Assembly: GCF_001194135.2 (NCBI RefSeq)
Contig: NC_068985.1
Location: forward strand, 5,130,977-5,194,976
Direction of reading: 5' to 3'
Length of the DNA stretch: 64,000 bases
From: Octopus bimaculoides
Lineage: Eukaryota
Shown here: piece after piece, positions 63,853-64,000 of the stretch
Numbering within the stretch: the stretch's first letter is position 1
Layout: every line of letters begins with the position of its first letter
The notes under the pieces: generated by a model
Seen by the model: only the letters and a program-made list of their open reading frames with translations
Database searches by the model: none
Told to the model about the DNA's origin: nothing
Made by a program: the position numbers and the translations under genes

Positions 63853-64000
63853 ATGCAATTTGGCCTTGATAAATGTGCAAAAGTTACCTTTATCAAAGGA
63901 AAAATGACAAATACATCTAATGTGAACCTTGACCAGCAAAATGGCATAAAAGAGTTAGAACCAGCGGAGAGCTACAAATACCTAGGGGTAATTGAAGGGG
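63853..64000 (+). mobile_element. 5'-truncated non-LTR retrotransposon RT, R4/Dong-like; runs off the window
   Basis: MQFGLDKCAKVTFIKGKMTNTSNVNLDQQNGIKELEPAESYKYLGVIEG shows the FGLDKCA and YKYLG motifs; begins directly in (AAT)n. Confidence 0.75.

Overview
AT-rich eukaryotic draft-assembly sequence with about 6 kb of N gaps, mostly beside microsatellites. The SINE and repeat content points to an octopus-like cephalopod genome (inference from recognised repeat sequence). I find no protein-coding gene I can support. Nearly all long ORFs in the track are microsatellite or N artefacts or pieces of decayed transposons, so the window looks intronic or intergenic. It holds: (1) dozens of tRNA-derived SINE copies from several families that share and swap heads and bodies; (2) decayed LINEs, namely three RTE-type pieces (one ending in tandem C2H2-like fingers, one with an inverted 5' segment), a CR1/L2-like 3' end and an R4/Dong-like RT starting in an (AAT)n tract; (3) a mariner deletion derivative, a DD34E Tc1-like relic and several MITE or foldback elements; (4) a Penelope-like element (PLE) remnant with inverted terminal repeats. 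The most interesting signal is a set of minimal type I hammerhead ribozyme motifs from about four sequence families. Two identical copies look structurally intact (375-420 minus, 47838-47883 plus). One sits downstream of a tRNA-like Pol III module, and decayed copies lie inside TIR elements and palindromes. A few splice-site-bounded unique segments are listed only as weak exon candidates.
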